IMG/VR virus record: IMGVR_UViG_2737471838_000004 | Coordinates: 1-55,334 of that record | DNA from: a virus | Lineage: Duplodnaviria > Heunggongvirae > Uroviricota > Caudoviricetes | Direction: 5' to 3' (one strand) | DNA length: 55,334 nt | Shown: piece by piece, positions 36,290 through 45,024 of the stretch | Layout: every line of letters begins with the position of its first letter | Position numbering within the stretch: position 1 is the stretch's first letter | Notes under the pieces: generated by a model | Seen by the model: the letters and a program-made list of their open reading frames with translations, nothing else | Database searches by the model: none | What the model was told of the DNA's origin: nothing | Translations under genes and position numbers: made by a program

Positions 36290-36890
36290 ACTTACCTCTC
36301 CTTAAATCATCTAATTTTTTTTGATAGTATTGAATAAGCTCTTTACACTCCTGAATGGTCCATTTATGAGTCTCGTTATTATTTTCTAATGCCTCCACCC
36401 GTTTTAAGCCAATGCGCTTAATCAAATTAATTCTGTATAGTTTGATATTCCCGTCTAATACCTGATTGCAGTGCTTACATTGACGATGAATATTGTCCTC
36501 ATTAAAACGAAGATGCCCGGCGGCGGCTACACTTCTCATATGCCCCGCGTCCCAACCGCATTGATCGCCGTAGTAAGTGCCACACGAAATACAGGGTAAA
36601 TTTGCGTCGCGCTCTCTTATATACGCATTACATACCGCCTGGCACTGTTTCAACCAATAACTACGCGGATTTAACTGTTTCCGCTTACGGTTGCGTTCTT
36701 CCCGCTGGCTATCACGGCGTTTCTTCCGTTCCATCGCCTTCATAGCCTTCTCACGGTCGCGGCATAACTGGTCAAACTTCAGTTCTTCCAGACATTCATC
36801 GCTGCACCACGTTTGATTGTGATATTTAGGCTCAAAAAAAACGCCGCAGCATTTGCAACGGCGTCGTATGGGTTTTTTAGGGTTTTGCAT
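36282..36890 (-). CDS. ninG: NinG (Rap) recombination-associated protein
   Basis: ORF 36282..37019 trimmed to MQNPKKPIRRRCKCCG with GGGGTGG RBS; Cys-rich N-terminus and LPCISCG...DAGH...RFNE..NIH.QC..CN motifs of the NinG family. Confidence 0.75.
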   Translation of the reverse strand: MQNPKKPIRRRCKCCGVFFEPKYHNQTWCSDECLEELKFDQLCRDREKAMKAMERKKRRDSQREERNRKRKQLNPRSYWLKQCQAVCNAYIRERDANLPCISCGTYYGDQCGWDAGHMRSVAAAGHLRFNEDNIHRQCKHCNQVLDGNIKLYRINLIKRIGLKRVEALENNNETHKWTIQECKELIQYYQKKLDDLRRGKCA

Positions 36891-36904
36891 AAAAACCACC
36901 CCGA

Positions 36905-37081
36905 TTATTTTTGATTCTCTGTTTCGTTCAGCCTTTCGGCGTGTCCGGCCCTTAGCCAATGATCTAAACATTCGTTGCACTCGTTGCAGTCTCCTTTCTT
37001 CGTGCTGCATACATTGCACATTGCACGCATGACGCTTTCTCGTTCATAGTCGTCATGCCATTGGTAATTATCAAAAGGCAT
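36905..37081 (-). CDS. small Cys-rich (zinc-ribbon-like) protein
   Basis: hand-translated 58 aa MPFDNYQWHDDYERESVMRAMCNVCSTKKGDCNECNECLDHW...; AAGGAGA RBS. Confidence 0.4.
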   Translation of the reverse strand: MPFDNYQWHDDYERESVMRAMCNVCSTKKGDCNECNECLDHWLRAGHAERLNETENQK

Positions 37082-37240
37082 AATGCTCTCTCCTTTTCAG
37101 GTGATTTCTACGCATTTCAGCGCTGCCGGATTTTTAAAGAGCATTTCGTTTGCTTGAAGTATACAAAATGGATACACCATAACAAGACAAAAAGCGCCAT
37201 TATGTGATCCGCATCACGCAATGACGCCATTTTGTAAATT

Positions 37241-38023
37241 TCAGTCCGGTAAAACGCGGTTAAGCGTAGTACGATTGATGGCACGGTCGTTAGCAAGGAA
37301 TACAGCACGGGCAAAGCCACGCGGCGTTAGTGAGCGGATCATCTTTGTTCGTTTCGTCCTGCCTCCGGTTTTCGCCCACCCAGGGTTATCACCAGAGTTA
37401 AGATCTACAGGTCTAAAAAGCGGCTGTTTAAATCCGTTACCGCACCATATGCAAGTTTTCTTTGTATATGCGTCGCGCGGCGGGTAAACATCCGGGAAAG
37501 CAGGATGTTTGTCATCTTCCGGCAGGTAGCCACCGTAAGCGCAAGGATTGAAGATAAAATCAGGCTTACGCCATAACGTTGACAGTGCGCCCACCGGATT
37601 TTCCACCATCCACGGCACGTTGTACATATTTGCCAGTTTTTCCACCAGTTTTGCGCTATTCGCCGCCTTCACCTGGAAGCCTGGATCTTTTTTTCGCTTG
37701 TCAGCGAACCAGCGAGCGCCAGACACGGCGAGATCGTCGCATGGCGGAAAACCCATGATAATATCAGGCTCCGGGTAAACTGATAATTCAGGCGAGAACA
37801 TCACCAGGAAATGGCTATCAATCCATACGTTAACGTATTCAATATTTGGATGAATTATTTTAACGCCTTCATAATCGCCGTGATTTGCGCCGTCATAGTT
37901 GAAGCAATAGCACTTATATCCCGCTTCAGCCCAATCTTTAACTGCGTACCCGCTGCCGTCGTACAGCGACCACACAACCCAACTTCTTAGCCAGTTATTT
38001 AACCAGTGTTTAGCCTTTCTCAT
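37241..38023 (-). CDS. divergent DNA cytosine-C5 methyltransferase-like protein
   Basis: 260 aa; motif I-like LYDGSGYA, motif IV-like GFPPCDDLAVSG (PCD rather than PCQ), motif VI-like MVENPVG. Confidence 0.5.
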   Translation of the reverse strand: MRKAKHWLNNWLRSWVVWSLYDGSGYAVKDWAEAGYKCYCFNYDGANHGDYEGVKIIHPNIEYVNVWIDSHFLVMFSPELSVYPEPDIIMGFPPCDDLAVSGARWFADKRKKDPGFQVKAANSAKLVEKLANMYNVPWMVENPVGALSTLWRKPDFIFNPCAYGGYLPEDDKHPAFPDVYPPRDAYTKKTCIWCGNGFKQPLFRPVDLNSGDNPGWAKTGGRTKRTKMIRSLTPRGFARAVFLANDRAINRTTLNRVLPD

Positions 38024-38565
38024 TTTATGCCCTCAAACGTGAAATAGCGGCGCATGATGATAGTGATCACCGTTACCGCTGCCATTTTTGAGATGAATTG
38101 CATTGCTGATATTTCAGGCATAAACGCCATGAATGATAGCGTAGGAAAAATCAACGCATCGCCAATGGCTGACGCTATATTTGCAGGCCAGCGCTTAGAA
38201 TCGAAATCACCAGGCAAAACCCGGTAAACGCCGCCAGAAATAAGCGCACCGGAAACAACCGCAACGAATGACGCTATCGCCACCATTCCGGCGTCGTAAT
38301 TTATCAGCACAGTAATTGCGCCAGCGGCGGCGCATGTAGTAGCTGACCATTTCAGGCCGCCGTCATATAACAGAAAGTCACGGATCATCATATTGACATA
38401 CACAGCGGCTACCGTGGTGATCGGAATTACCCACGGGCCACAGTGGTTAACAATAAGGTTGATGATCACGAAAACGGCGACATAAACGCAGGCTAATAAC
38501 CTGTTAATTGTCACCCTTTCCATTTTTATGATACCCCGCCGCGCGTAATAGCGATTCGTTGTCAA
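38020..38565 (-). CDS. multi-pass integral membrane protein
   Basis: 181-aa ORF with 4-5 predicted hydrophobic helices; start may be the internal MERVTINR. Confidence 0.5.
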   Translation of the reverse strand: MTTNRYYARRGIIKMERVTINRLLACVYVAVFVIINLIVNHCGPWVIPITTVAAVYVNMMIRDFLLYDGGLKWSATTCAAAGAITVLINYDAGMVAIASFVAVVSGALISGGVYRVLPGDFDSKRWPANIASAIGDALIFPTLSFMAFMPEISAMQFISKMAAVTVITIIMRRYFTFEGIK

Positions 38566-39016
38566 ACTTCACATCAAGCCGATTAGTAATCTTACCACCG
38601 TTAAACATCACAGGTGGGATTGTCCCCAGTACAATAGATGGTTCTGGTCCAGCAGGATCAGCAAAAGTTTTCTTCAATCCACCGATAGGGAGATCAAAAA
38701 CGCCCTGTTTCTTTCTTTGTTCTTCCTCCCGCTCCGTTAATATTTGCTCCGCTTTTAGCGCGTTATAAGCAATAAGGTCTATAAGAGTATCGAGCGGGTC
38801 GCTACCATTGCTTAAAACGGCCTCTAATCGCGCCTCCTTGAGACAAATTAGCAGATCCCATACATCAAGCGGGGTTAAATTTGTCCCCTTCTTAGCGTTG
38901 TAAATATTTGCTATTTTTGGCGCTGATTTTTCTTCTTTTCGATCGTATCCGTTTTGTTCCCCTCTTGCCTCAATAGTTTCAGCCGCAAGTCTTAGCAATT
39001 CAGCCGCTTTACTCAT
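38504..39016 (-). CDS. hypothetical protein
   Basis: ORF 38504..39034 trimmed to MSKAAELL; function unknown. Confidence 0.45.
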   Translation of the reverse strand: MSKAAELLRLAAETIEARGEQNGYDRKEEKSAPKIANIYNAKKGTNLTPLDVWDLLICLKEARLEAVLSNGSDPLDTLIDLIAYNALKAEQILTEREEEQRKKQGVFDLPIGGLKKTFADPAGPEPSIVLGTIPPVMFNGGKITNRLDVKFDNESLLRAAGYHKNGKGDN

Positions 39017-39548
39017 TTTCTGCACCTCTTGCATATAGCTCTTTACGTGTTATCTGCGTGAAAATACATTCATGTCTGCATCGTGGATGCCAGATCAAGA
39101 ACAAACTCCCTTTATTGTTTCCGCTTGCTGGTTTACCCGTCGCAGCATTGATAAACGCCAGCCGCCCTCGCGTAATTAATCGGCATTCGTTTGCCGTCTC
39201 CACGCCGTTCATAAACCAGTTAACAGAGATGTCGGCGGGCAACAACATTACACAGCCAATATGATTTCGGTGATGTTCCGTTGCTGCCTTATCAACGAAT
39301 GGCCCCGGATTAGAATATGGTGGATTAAGCCAGACATACTCACCAGGCATTGCCACCGCTCCCCACGGATAATGCAACGTGTCCATTTCTTCTGTTATAT
39401 ATCGCGGGATTAATGCGTTTGCCTTGTTTGCCGCCACGTCAGCGACGAATTCGAATTCACGATCCATTCCTCTAAAAACTGGTTTTGGCGTTTGCCATAA
39501 GTCCTTTATTTCTTTTGGCGTATGGCTTCCGCCGTAATCATTTTTCAT
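39009..39548 (-). CDS. dam: DNA N6-adenine methyltransferase (phage Dam-like)
   Basis: 179 aa; catalytic NPPY motif in WLNPPYSNPGPFV. Confidence 0.8.
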   Translation of the reverse strand: MKNDYGGSHTPKEIKDLWQTPKPVFRGMDREFEFVADVAANKANALIPRYITEEMDTLHYPWGAVAMPGEYVWLNPPYSNPGPFVDKAATEHHRNHIGCVMLLPADISVNWFMNGVETANECRLITRGRLAFINAATGKPASGNNKGSLFLIWHPRCRHECIFTQITRKELYARGAENE

Positions 39549-39557
39549 TACGCCCCC

Positions 39558-39791
39558 TTAGAAATAATCCTGATCAGTCCCCCAGCGGTTATTTAGATAC
39601 CCCACCAACCACACAAAACGCTCAATGCTAATTAGCGGGGCGACCTTGCGATAATGCTTGTCGAGTATCAGCCGCGTGGCTTTATCGCTGTATCCGTTCT
39701 TTTCTACCTCCGCTTTGCAGGCAGAAAGCGCCGCGCGTGCGGCAGTTTTTACGGCGTTGAATTGCGGCTCTGACAGGTTGAATAAAGCCAT
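39558..39791 (-). CDS. hypothetical protein
   Basis: 77-aa ORF in early-left operon. Confidence 0.4.
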   Translation of the reverse strand: MALFNLSEPQFNAVKTAARAALSACKAEVEKNGYSDKATRLILDKHYRKVAPLISIERFVWLVGYLNNRWGTDQDYF

Positions 39792-39793
39792 AA

Positions 39794-40045
39794 TTAAAAA
39801 GGATCATCCCAATCTGGCGCGGCAGTCCAGCAAAACCCGATAAATGCACTAACCGTTAATAAAGCGCGCCCTGCGGCAAGGATCTCGCCTATTTCGTTAA
39901 ATTCAGGCAGTGACCACGTAATAAACATTGCCCCCAGCATAATAACAACGATAACAGCCATGAACGCCAGGAAAACAAAAAGCGTAGCTAAAAGCCACGC
40001 TCCCAACCAGTTTAAAAAGCTCTTAACCATTTTAAACGTCCTCAA
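39794..40045 (-). CDS. small membrane protein
   Basis: 83 aa with two hydrophobic helices. Confidence 0.4.
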   Translation of the reverse strand: MRTFKMVKSFLNWLGAWLLATLFVFLAFMAVIVVIMLGAMFITWSLPEFNEIGEILAAGRALLTVSAFIGFCWTAAPDWDDPF

Positions 40046-40235
40046 TCACCCCGTCTTTTACACGCTCTTTAATATCCCAAACGTGAGGCTTGCATATTTC
40101 CTGATAATAGTGATCTGGCCTGCTGCCAAAATACCATTTGCCATCCATATAAAAATAAACGCCAGAAAAATTTCCTGGCGCTGCCTTTGTTGCTGATTCT
40201 GGAATTTTCCATTCTTTATAGTGTTTAAACTTCAT
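40032..40235 (-). CDS. hypothetical protein
   Basis: 67-aa ORF. Confidence 0.35.
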   Translation of the reverse strand: MKFKHYKEWKIPESATKAAPGNFSGVYFYMDGKWYFGSRPDHYYQEICKPHVWDIKERVKDGVIEDV

Positions 40236-40419
40236 GAGCTTTTAAATAACCTCTTCTGAATGCTTTGATGTAAAGTCCTAGCCTTCTTATATGCTGAACG
40301 CCATCAATGATGCGCACTAAATAAATCGCCCCGTTTGCGTCAGATACAAAACGACAACCAAAACCAATGCCGACTAACTTCAGGTTTTCAGGTATTCTAT
40401 AATCAGTTTCCTGTTCCAT
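40225..40419 (-). CDS. hypothetical protein
   Basis: 64-aa ORF. Confidence 0.35.
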   Translation of the reverse strand: MEQETDYRIPENLKLVGIGFGCRFVSDANGAIYLVRIIDGVQHIRRLGLYIKAFRRGYLKAHEV

Positions 40420-40517
40420 GCCTCACCTCATATGGTATTCAATAAACCACCTGATAAACAGGCATAAGGCAATAAAACCCCAGCAAATGCACATAAATAA
40501 CAATGTGTCGTCCATAG

Positions 40518-40736
40518 TTAAGCCTCAATTAATCCGTAGTCGAATTTACCCAAATATCTTTCAAGGCTAACGACTTCAATACCATCTACACATCTCTTCC
40601 ACACAGACACCTGGCTTTCATTTTCCCTGAAGTGCATATTAGAAAGCACTTCATCGGCTGGATAGCTTTTCCCGGCGACGTAGGCATCATGACCTACGCC
40701 ACCTTCTACGCAATAAAGCATGAATTCGCGTTCCAT
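40518..40736 (-). CDS. hypothetical protein
   Basis: 72-aa ORF. Confidence 0.4.
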   Translation of the reverse strand: MEREFMLYCVEGGVGHDAYVAGKSYPADEVLSNMHFRENESQVSVWKRCVDGIEVVSLERYLGKFDYGLIEA

Positions 40737-40835
40737 TTTGGCTTCCTCCGCACCGTAAACCTTTTGATTTCGGCTTACAAAACGGATATGCGATCACAAT
40801 ACAAAATGTATATTTATGTGATCTGAATCACTCGG

Positions 40836-41456
40836 TTAATGCAGTACACGTTTTCCCTGTTCAGGCATCGGCTGTGCGTTTTTCCGTGCATCATTAAGCA
40901 CAGCGATAGCCGCCTGTACACCGAAATCATTTGCGCGCATATCATTGCCAACCATTTCACCGTAAAACAGCGGCATAAACGCTTTTACTTCTTCTTCTTT
41001 ATGGCCTTCCTCAATGCATTTCTGTAACATCTTAACTTCAAAGATGTTTTTCATCAGTCCGCGCATAGAATGCAGTGAAACACTACCAAGCTGATCCTTG
41101 TTCAACGGGAAAATAACAGCACTTCCGAACGCGAGCGGATCAACCTCTTCCGGCACTGGTACGCGTCCGAATTCTTCCTCCATGCGCTTCACAAAAGTAA
41201 GAGAGAATACATAACGCGCTACCGATGTTTTTTCTTCCATACTTAAAGACACGTAATCGCGGATTGACGCACCCATCACAATATCAACAACCTGTAGCGC
41301 CAGATTTAAATCAGCGTCATACGCGCCAGCTTCCATATCTTTCAATACTTCGTGATAATCCTTCGTTTCCACTTCATGAAAACTTGCGTCTTCAGTGTAG
41401 CGAGTGATTAACATGCCATCGCTGCCGAGTGAATAAGCTGTTTTGATGTCGTTCAT
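40836..41456 (-). CDS. hypothetical protein
   Basis: 206-aa ORF. Confidence 0.5.
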   Translation of the reverse strand: MNDIKTAYSLGSDGMLITRYTEDASFHEVETKDYHEVLKDMEAGAYDADLNLALQVVDIVMGASIRDYVSLSMEEKTSVARYVFSLTFVKRMEEEFGRVPVPEEVDPLAFGSAVIFPLNKDQLGSVSLHSMRGLMKNIFEVKMLQKCIEEGHKEEEVKAFMPLFYGEMVGNDMRANDFGVQAAIAVLNDARKNAQPMPEQGKRVLH

Positions 41457-41469
41457 GATGTTTAGCCTT

Positions 41470-41802
41470 TTATAGTGGGTGATGCCATTTCATTTCAGTT
41501 TCTGGATTAAACGGGTTTCCTTCTCTTGAAAGGAATAAATCACGCTCCCGTTTCAGTTCTTCCGGACTTATTTCTATTTCATCAATCTGACCGAACGATC
41601 CTGGCATCATTCGTTTTAAATCAGATAGCGGACGCATAAGGCCGCAACCGCGTAACAGCATATCGACCGCGAATTGCCGCCGCCCGCCAGCGTCATTGAA
41701 GCGCCGCGCCCAGGACACAACCACGATCCGGCGTTCGAACTCAATAAATAGTGATAGCTTGTTTGATTCTGCATCATATGCTTTATGGAATTTAATTTTC
41801 AT
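41470..41802 (-). CDS. hypothetical protein
   Basis: 110-aa ORF. Confidence 0.45.
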   Translation of the reverse strand: MKIKFHKAYDAESNKLSLFIEFERRIVVVSWARRFNDAGGRRQFAVDMLLRGCGLMRPLSDLKRMMPGSFGQIDEIEISPEELKRERDLFLSREGNPFNPETEMKWHHPL

Positions 41803-41983
41803 TTAACACCTCGACGTATTGCTCAAGATGCCATTGACCCACCTCGTCGTAATCTTCATCGAATATTGTTACTTGACCGCCTGGCCCGAAATAAAAGGCA
41901 GTAGCAATAAATTCATACCCGAACCACGCGCGGAGTTTTTCACCACCGTTCAGGTGTTTAACCTTCACTAATTTTATAGCCAT
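41792..41983 (-). CDS. hypothetical protein
   Basis: 63-aa ORF. Confidence 0.35.
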   Translation of the reverse strand: MAIKLVKVKHLNGGEKLRAWFGYEFIATAFYFGPGGQVTIFDEDYDEVGQWHLEQYVEVLNEN

Positions 41984-42246
41984 ACGCCGAACATCCCATT
42001 CAGACCAGCGAACAACCGCCGCCAGTGGTTTTCAACATAAGCCCGGAACGGCTTAACGCGAACATTGCGGGCCTTCAGTTCAATCTTGTCGAAGAAACGC
42101 GGCTCTATAATTGTTCCATCCAGATATTTAACCAGGATCGGGCGCTCAAGATCGTTATATGTCTTGTTCAGCACGACCAGCCCAGGGTCACTACGATATG
42201 CTGGCAAAACAACGAGATCACCAGCTTTTGCATTCCACGGAGTCAT
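41974..42246 (-). CDS. hypothetical protein
   Basis: 90-aa ORF. Confidence 0.4.
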   Translation of the reverse strand: MTPWNAKAGDLVVLPAYRSDPGLVVLNKTYNDLERPILVKYLDGTIIEPRFFDKIELKARNVRVKPFRAYVENHWRRLFAGLNGMFGVWL

Positions 42247-42483
42247 AACATCACCCCTTTACCAATAAGGCCAATCACCGCAGCCAGTGCGCCACAAAAG
42301 ACAACCGTAAACAGGAAGCAAATAACGCAAAACGCGACCGTTACAATATCATTACTGACTTTCATAATTAGCCTCACATATTAGTAATCAGTTTTATGAT
42401 CGCCACCGTAATATAAAGCGATACGCTGAGATACAGCACCGCCACCGCTACCGCCGCAAGCAATGCGGCAATTTTTGCAAGAT

Positions 42484-42735
42484 TCATTTCCCGCCCTCCG
42501 CAATGAATTTATCAAGCCATTTGTTATTCGCCAGTCGTTCGGCATCTTCGCCAAATGATTTACGTTCGCTTAATTCCTGTAGAGTAGGGAAAGGCCATTT
42601 GTCGTGCCACCCTGCCGACGCTTCGAACTCATAGTTTCCGCCGCCGAACTCGATAAACACATCGCTATCATCAATGTTTTCCTGGTTTCTCTGAAAACAT
42701 CTGCCGTTATTTTCGCTTAATGTTGTGGCTGTCAT
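42484..42735 (-). CDS. hypothetical protein
   Basis: ORF 42484..42963 trimmed to MTATTLSENN to avoid overlap with upstream gene. Confidence 0.35.
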   Translation of the reverse strand: MTATTLSENNGRCFQRNQENIDDSDVFIEFGGGNYEFEASAGWHDKWPFPTLQELSERKSFGEDAERLANNKWLDKFIAEGGK

Positions 42736-42748
42736 GATTAACACCTCA

Positions 42749-43054
42749 TTAATCGTTAATAACCTGGCCCATACGACCGCGATATTTGCGCATACGTGGA
42801 TCGACATATTCAGGCCAGTGCATATCCGGTTTTCTTTGCAGTGGGTAAAAACTTGCTTGCCAGTTGTCGAACCATATTTGCTTTGCGTACAGGTCACTAA
42901 ATCTTTTTGCCATCCGTTCCGCTGCCGTGCCGCATAAAAAAAGCCCATGATCGATTTGATCACGGGCTTCTTTTAATACTTGCTCTTTTGTTCGCGGAAT
43001 CGGTGGCGCATTAAGATAATGCGTAGATTCTGCTTTTGCCATACTGTAAACCAA
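42749..43054 (-). CDS. hypothetical protein
   Basis: 101-aa ORF directly downstream of ssb; start uncertain. Confidence 0.4.
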   Translation of the reverse strand: MVYSMAKAESTHYLNAPPIPRTKEQVLKEARDQIDHGLFLCGTAAERMAKRFSDLYAKQIWFDNWQASFYPLQRKPDMHWPEYVDPRMRKYRGRMGQVIND

Positions 43055-43478
43055 TAGGACTGAATGGAATATCGTCGTCGAAGTCCATCGGCGGCGGATT
43101 ATTCCCGTTATTATTCTGCTGCTGCGGCGGCGCTTTCTGCTGCTGGCCTTGCTGCTGGCCTTGTTGGTTGACGTTCATGAATTCGAACTCATTAACCGCC
43201 ACTTCGACCGCCGTCCCCTTCGTGCCATCGTTCCGGTCAAACTGCCGAACATCCAGGCGACCGCTTACCACTATCTTTCCACCCTTGCGGATATGCGGCG
43301 CTAATTTTTCCGCACGCTCACCAAATACCAGACAAGTGATCCACATTACCCGCTTATTATCGCCGTAGCCATTCGTTACAGCTAACGGAAAACTACCAAT
43401 AGCTTTCCCGTTTTGCGTGTAGCGCACTTCCATATCATTACCGATATTCCCGCCCAGCGTGATTGAATTTAAACTCAT
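43011..43478 (-). CDS. ssb: single-stranded DNA-binding protein
   Basis: 155 aa; OB-fold region, Gln/Gly-rich linker and acidic C-terminal tail DFDDDIPF. Confidence 0.85.
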   Translation of the reverse strand: MSLNSITLGGNIGNDMEVRYTQNGKAIGSFPLAVTNGYGDNKRVMWITCLVFGERAEKLAPHIRKGGKIVVSGRLDVRQFDRNDGTKGTAVEVAVNEFEFMNVNQQGQQQGQQQKAPPQQQNNNGNNPPPMDFDDDIPFSPIGLQYGKSRIYALS

Positions 43479-44113
43479 TAATTGATCTCCCCGTTAAGCT
43501 CTTTTAAGCGAATGTCATAAACGTCTTTCGCTTTCTGTTGTTGTTCTGAATCCTTAGGCAATAGCTTCCAGCACTTGCCGAAGATCTCGCGTAACTTGTT
43601 AGCGTCAGGCGCTTTTGCTGCTGCATCACAGAAACGTGCTAATACTTCATCAGGATTTGGCGGCGCTTTCTGCTGCTGTTGTTTTGGCGGGTTTTTCTGC
43701 TGTCGCGGCTGTTGATTTGTCTGTTTCGCGTAAGCATCAGTATCAGGATCTTTTGCGTCATCAATGCAGAATAAGCCGTTCAAAGCATATTTTCGCGCGT
43801 AACTTGATGTCGCTCCTGTTAGCTGGCTTGCATCCATACCCTTCTTGCTTTCTTCCTCCCTGGCGTAAGCAGTTACCGCTATTACGTCTTCACCGTCGCT
43901 TAATGTTGCAGTTGCTTTCACATAATAGCGATTGCCGATCAGGACAATTTCATCACTTACAGTCAGCGTGATATTTTGAAGCAGTGGTTTAACCGCCTCT
44001 AGAATATCCTCCGCCGACCTGTAATTATACCCGCCAAAATTATTACGCTGATTTTTCGGCGCGTTCAGCGTTTGCTGAATCGTCCACAGCTTTTTGTGTA
44101 ACTCTGTTTTCAC
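43478..44113 (-). CDS. erf: Erf-family single-strand annealing protein
   Basis: 211 aa; N-terminal region with YNYRSAEDI typical of ERF recombinases; GTG start with AAGGAGA RBS; adjacent to ssb. Confidence 0.65.
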   Translation of the reverse strand: MKTELHKKLWTIQQTLNAPKNQRNNFGGYNYRSAEDILEAVKPLLQNITLTVSDEIVLIGNRYYVKATATLSDGEDVIAVTAYAREEESKKGMDASQLTGATSSYARKYALNGLFCIDDAKDPDTDAYAKQTNQQPRQQKNPPKQQQQKAPPNPDEVLARFCDAAAKAPDANKLREIFGKCWKLLPKDSEQQQKAKDVYDIRLKELNGEIN

Positions 44114-44262
44114 TATTTAATCTCCTTCGCTGTTAACACTACGTATAAGGCTTTATTCGCGGCGCTCCACATTTCGGCATCGTGAAGCATTTCCGCTACA
44201 GCCAGTTTGAATTGAAGCGCCTCGATAACCATAATGTCACCTCCTGCTGTTTACATTTTGTA

Positions 44263-44553
44263 TTAATGGTAGCGGACTTTATCCAGGGGTTTTTCCCCTA
44301 GTTGGCGTGGTTGCGTTGCGTGGTAGTAGTTGCCGCTTTCATTCTCCGTATACCATTTTACTGATCCTTTGCGACGTTCTTTAATGCTATTTGATTTGCA
44401 TCTTTCCTCGTTTGCAAAGCGAATAGCTTTATCCACATTGTCTGTTTTATTAATTGCAGGTGATGATTTTCTTTCGTTTTCTCTTTTTATTCTTCTGCGT
44501 TCCCTGGCATTCATTTTGCTATCACATTTGCCATACATAATTGTAACGGTCAT
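44263..44553 (-). CDS. N: N-like transcription antiterminator (arginine-rich motif)
   Basis: 96 aa; N-terminus MTVTIMYGK...NARERRRIKRENERK resembles the P22 N-type arginine-rich boxB-binding motif; AAGGAGA RBS; first gene downstream of pL-like promoter and nutL-like site. Confidence 0.55.
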   Translation of the reverse strand: MTVTIMYGKCDSKMNARERRRIKRENERKSSPAINKTDNVDKAIRFANEERCKSNSIKERRKGSVKWYTENESGNYYHATQPRQLGEKPLDKVRYH

Positions 44554-44608
44554 AATCTGATCTCCTTATATCCTTGATGATACTTAATAAAAATCATCTT
44601 CGTTAATT

Positions 44609-44646
44609 GCCGCACTTCCAGCGGCTGACCAGATTGTTAAAGAGCG
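44609..44646 (-). promoter_or_regulatory. nutL-like site: boxA (CGCTCTTTAACAA) + 8-nt spacer + boxB-like hairpin (GCCGC TGGAAGT GCGGC)
   Basis: read on minus strand in the leader between pL-like promoter and N; boxA matches the CGCTCTTTAACAA consensus. Confidence 0.45.
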
Positions 44647-44903
44647 GCTTAACATCTTTCAACTAATCCCGCAATCATCGCCGTTTCCGGTGTGACCCTG
44701 CTCACTCCAAGCAAGCTGACTCGTCGCCTTGCGTGCGGTTTCGTGGGGGATGTGACGCTTTAGACACCCCATGCGCCTTGTTATCAGTGCCGCTTTCGGT
44801 CCCCCAGCGGGGAGTTACTCCACGGTTGACAAGGTGTTAAGCCTGATTTTTTAAAGTGCCTGGAAGGTGCTTTTTTGTTTCCTGCCTCCTTCCTTTGATT
44901 CGC

Positions 44904-44932
44904 AATATACGCCCTGTGATATGTCGAGTCAA
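44904..44932 (-). promoter_or_regulatory. pL-like early-left promoter (TTGACT-17-TATATT)
   Basis: near-consensus sigma70 promoter downstream of the cI terminator, reading toward N; preceded by TATACAAAATGG. Confidence 0.5.
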
Positions 44933-45024
44933 TCCATTTTGTATACTTTTTTTAAAATATCTTCTATCTCATTGATTTTTAAATGATAAAAACCGTTTTT
45001 GGTTTACGTTTTGGTGCTTTCCGG

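Noticed and set aside
36890-37320. N-terminal extension of NinG to 245 aa (start 37019) and ORF 37117..37320
   Set aside because: Extension overlaps a separate RBS-bearing Cys-rich small ORF in another frame and NinG homologs start near MQNPKKP; 37117..37320 overlaps the MTase-like gene end with no RBS.
38020-38565. Calling the membrane protein a queuosine-precursor (YhhQ/VUT) transporter and the cluster a 7-deazaguanine modification system
   Set aside because: Only weak motif resemblance by eye and no QueC/D/E or DpdA-like genes in the window; kept as generic membrane protein.
44600-44900. Possible tRNA or tmRNA-like gene in the GC-rich structured pL leader
   Set aside because: No acceptor, D-arm or T-arm (GTTCRA) signatures found by eye; interpreted as a structured mRNA leader carrying the nut-like site.
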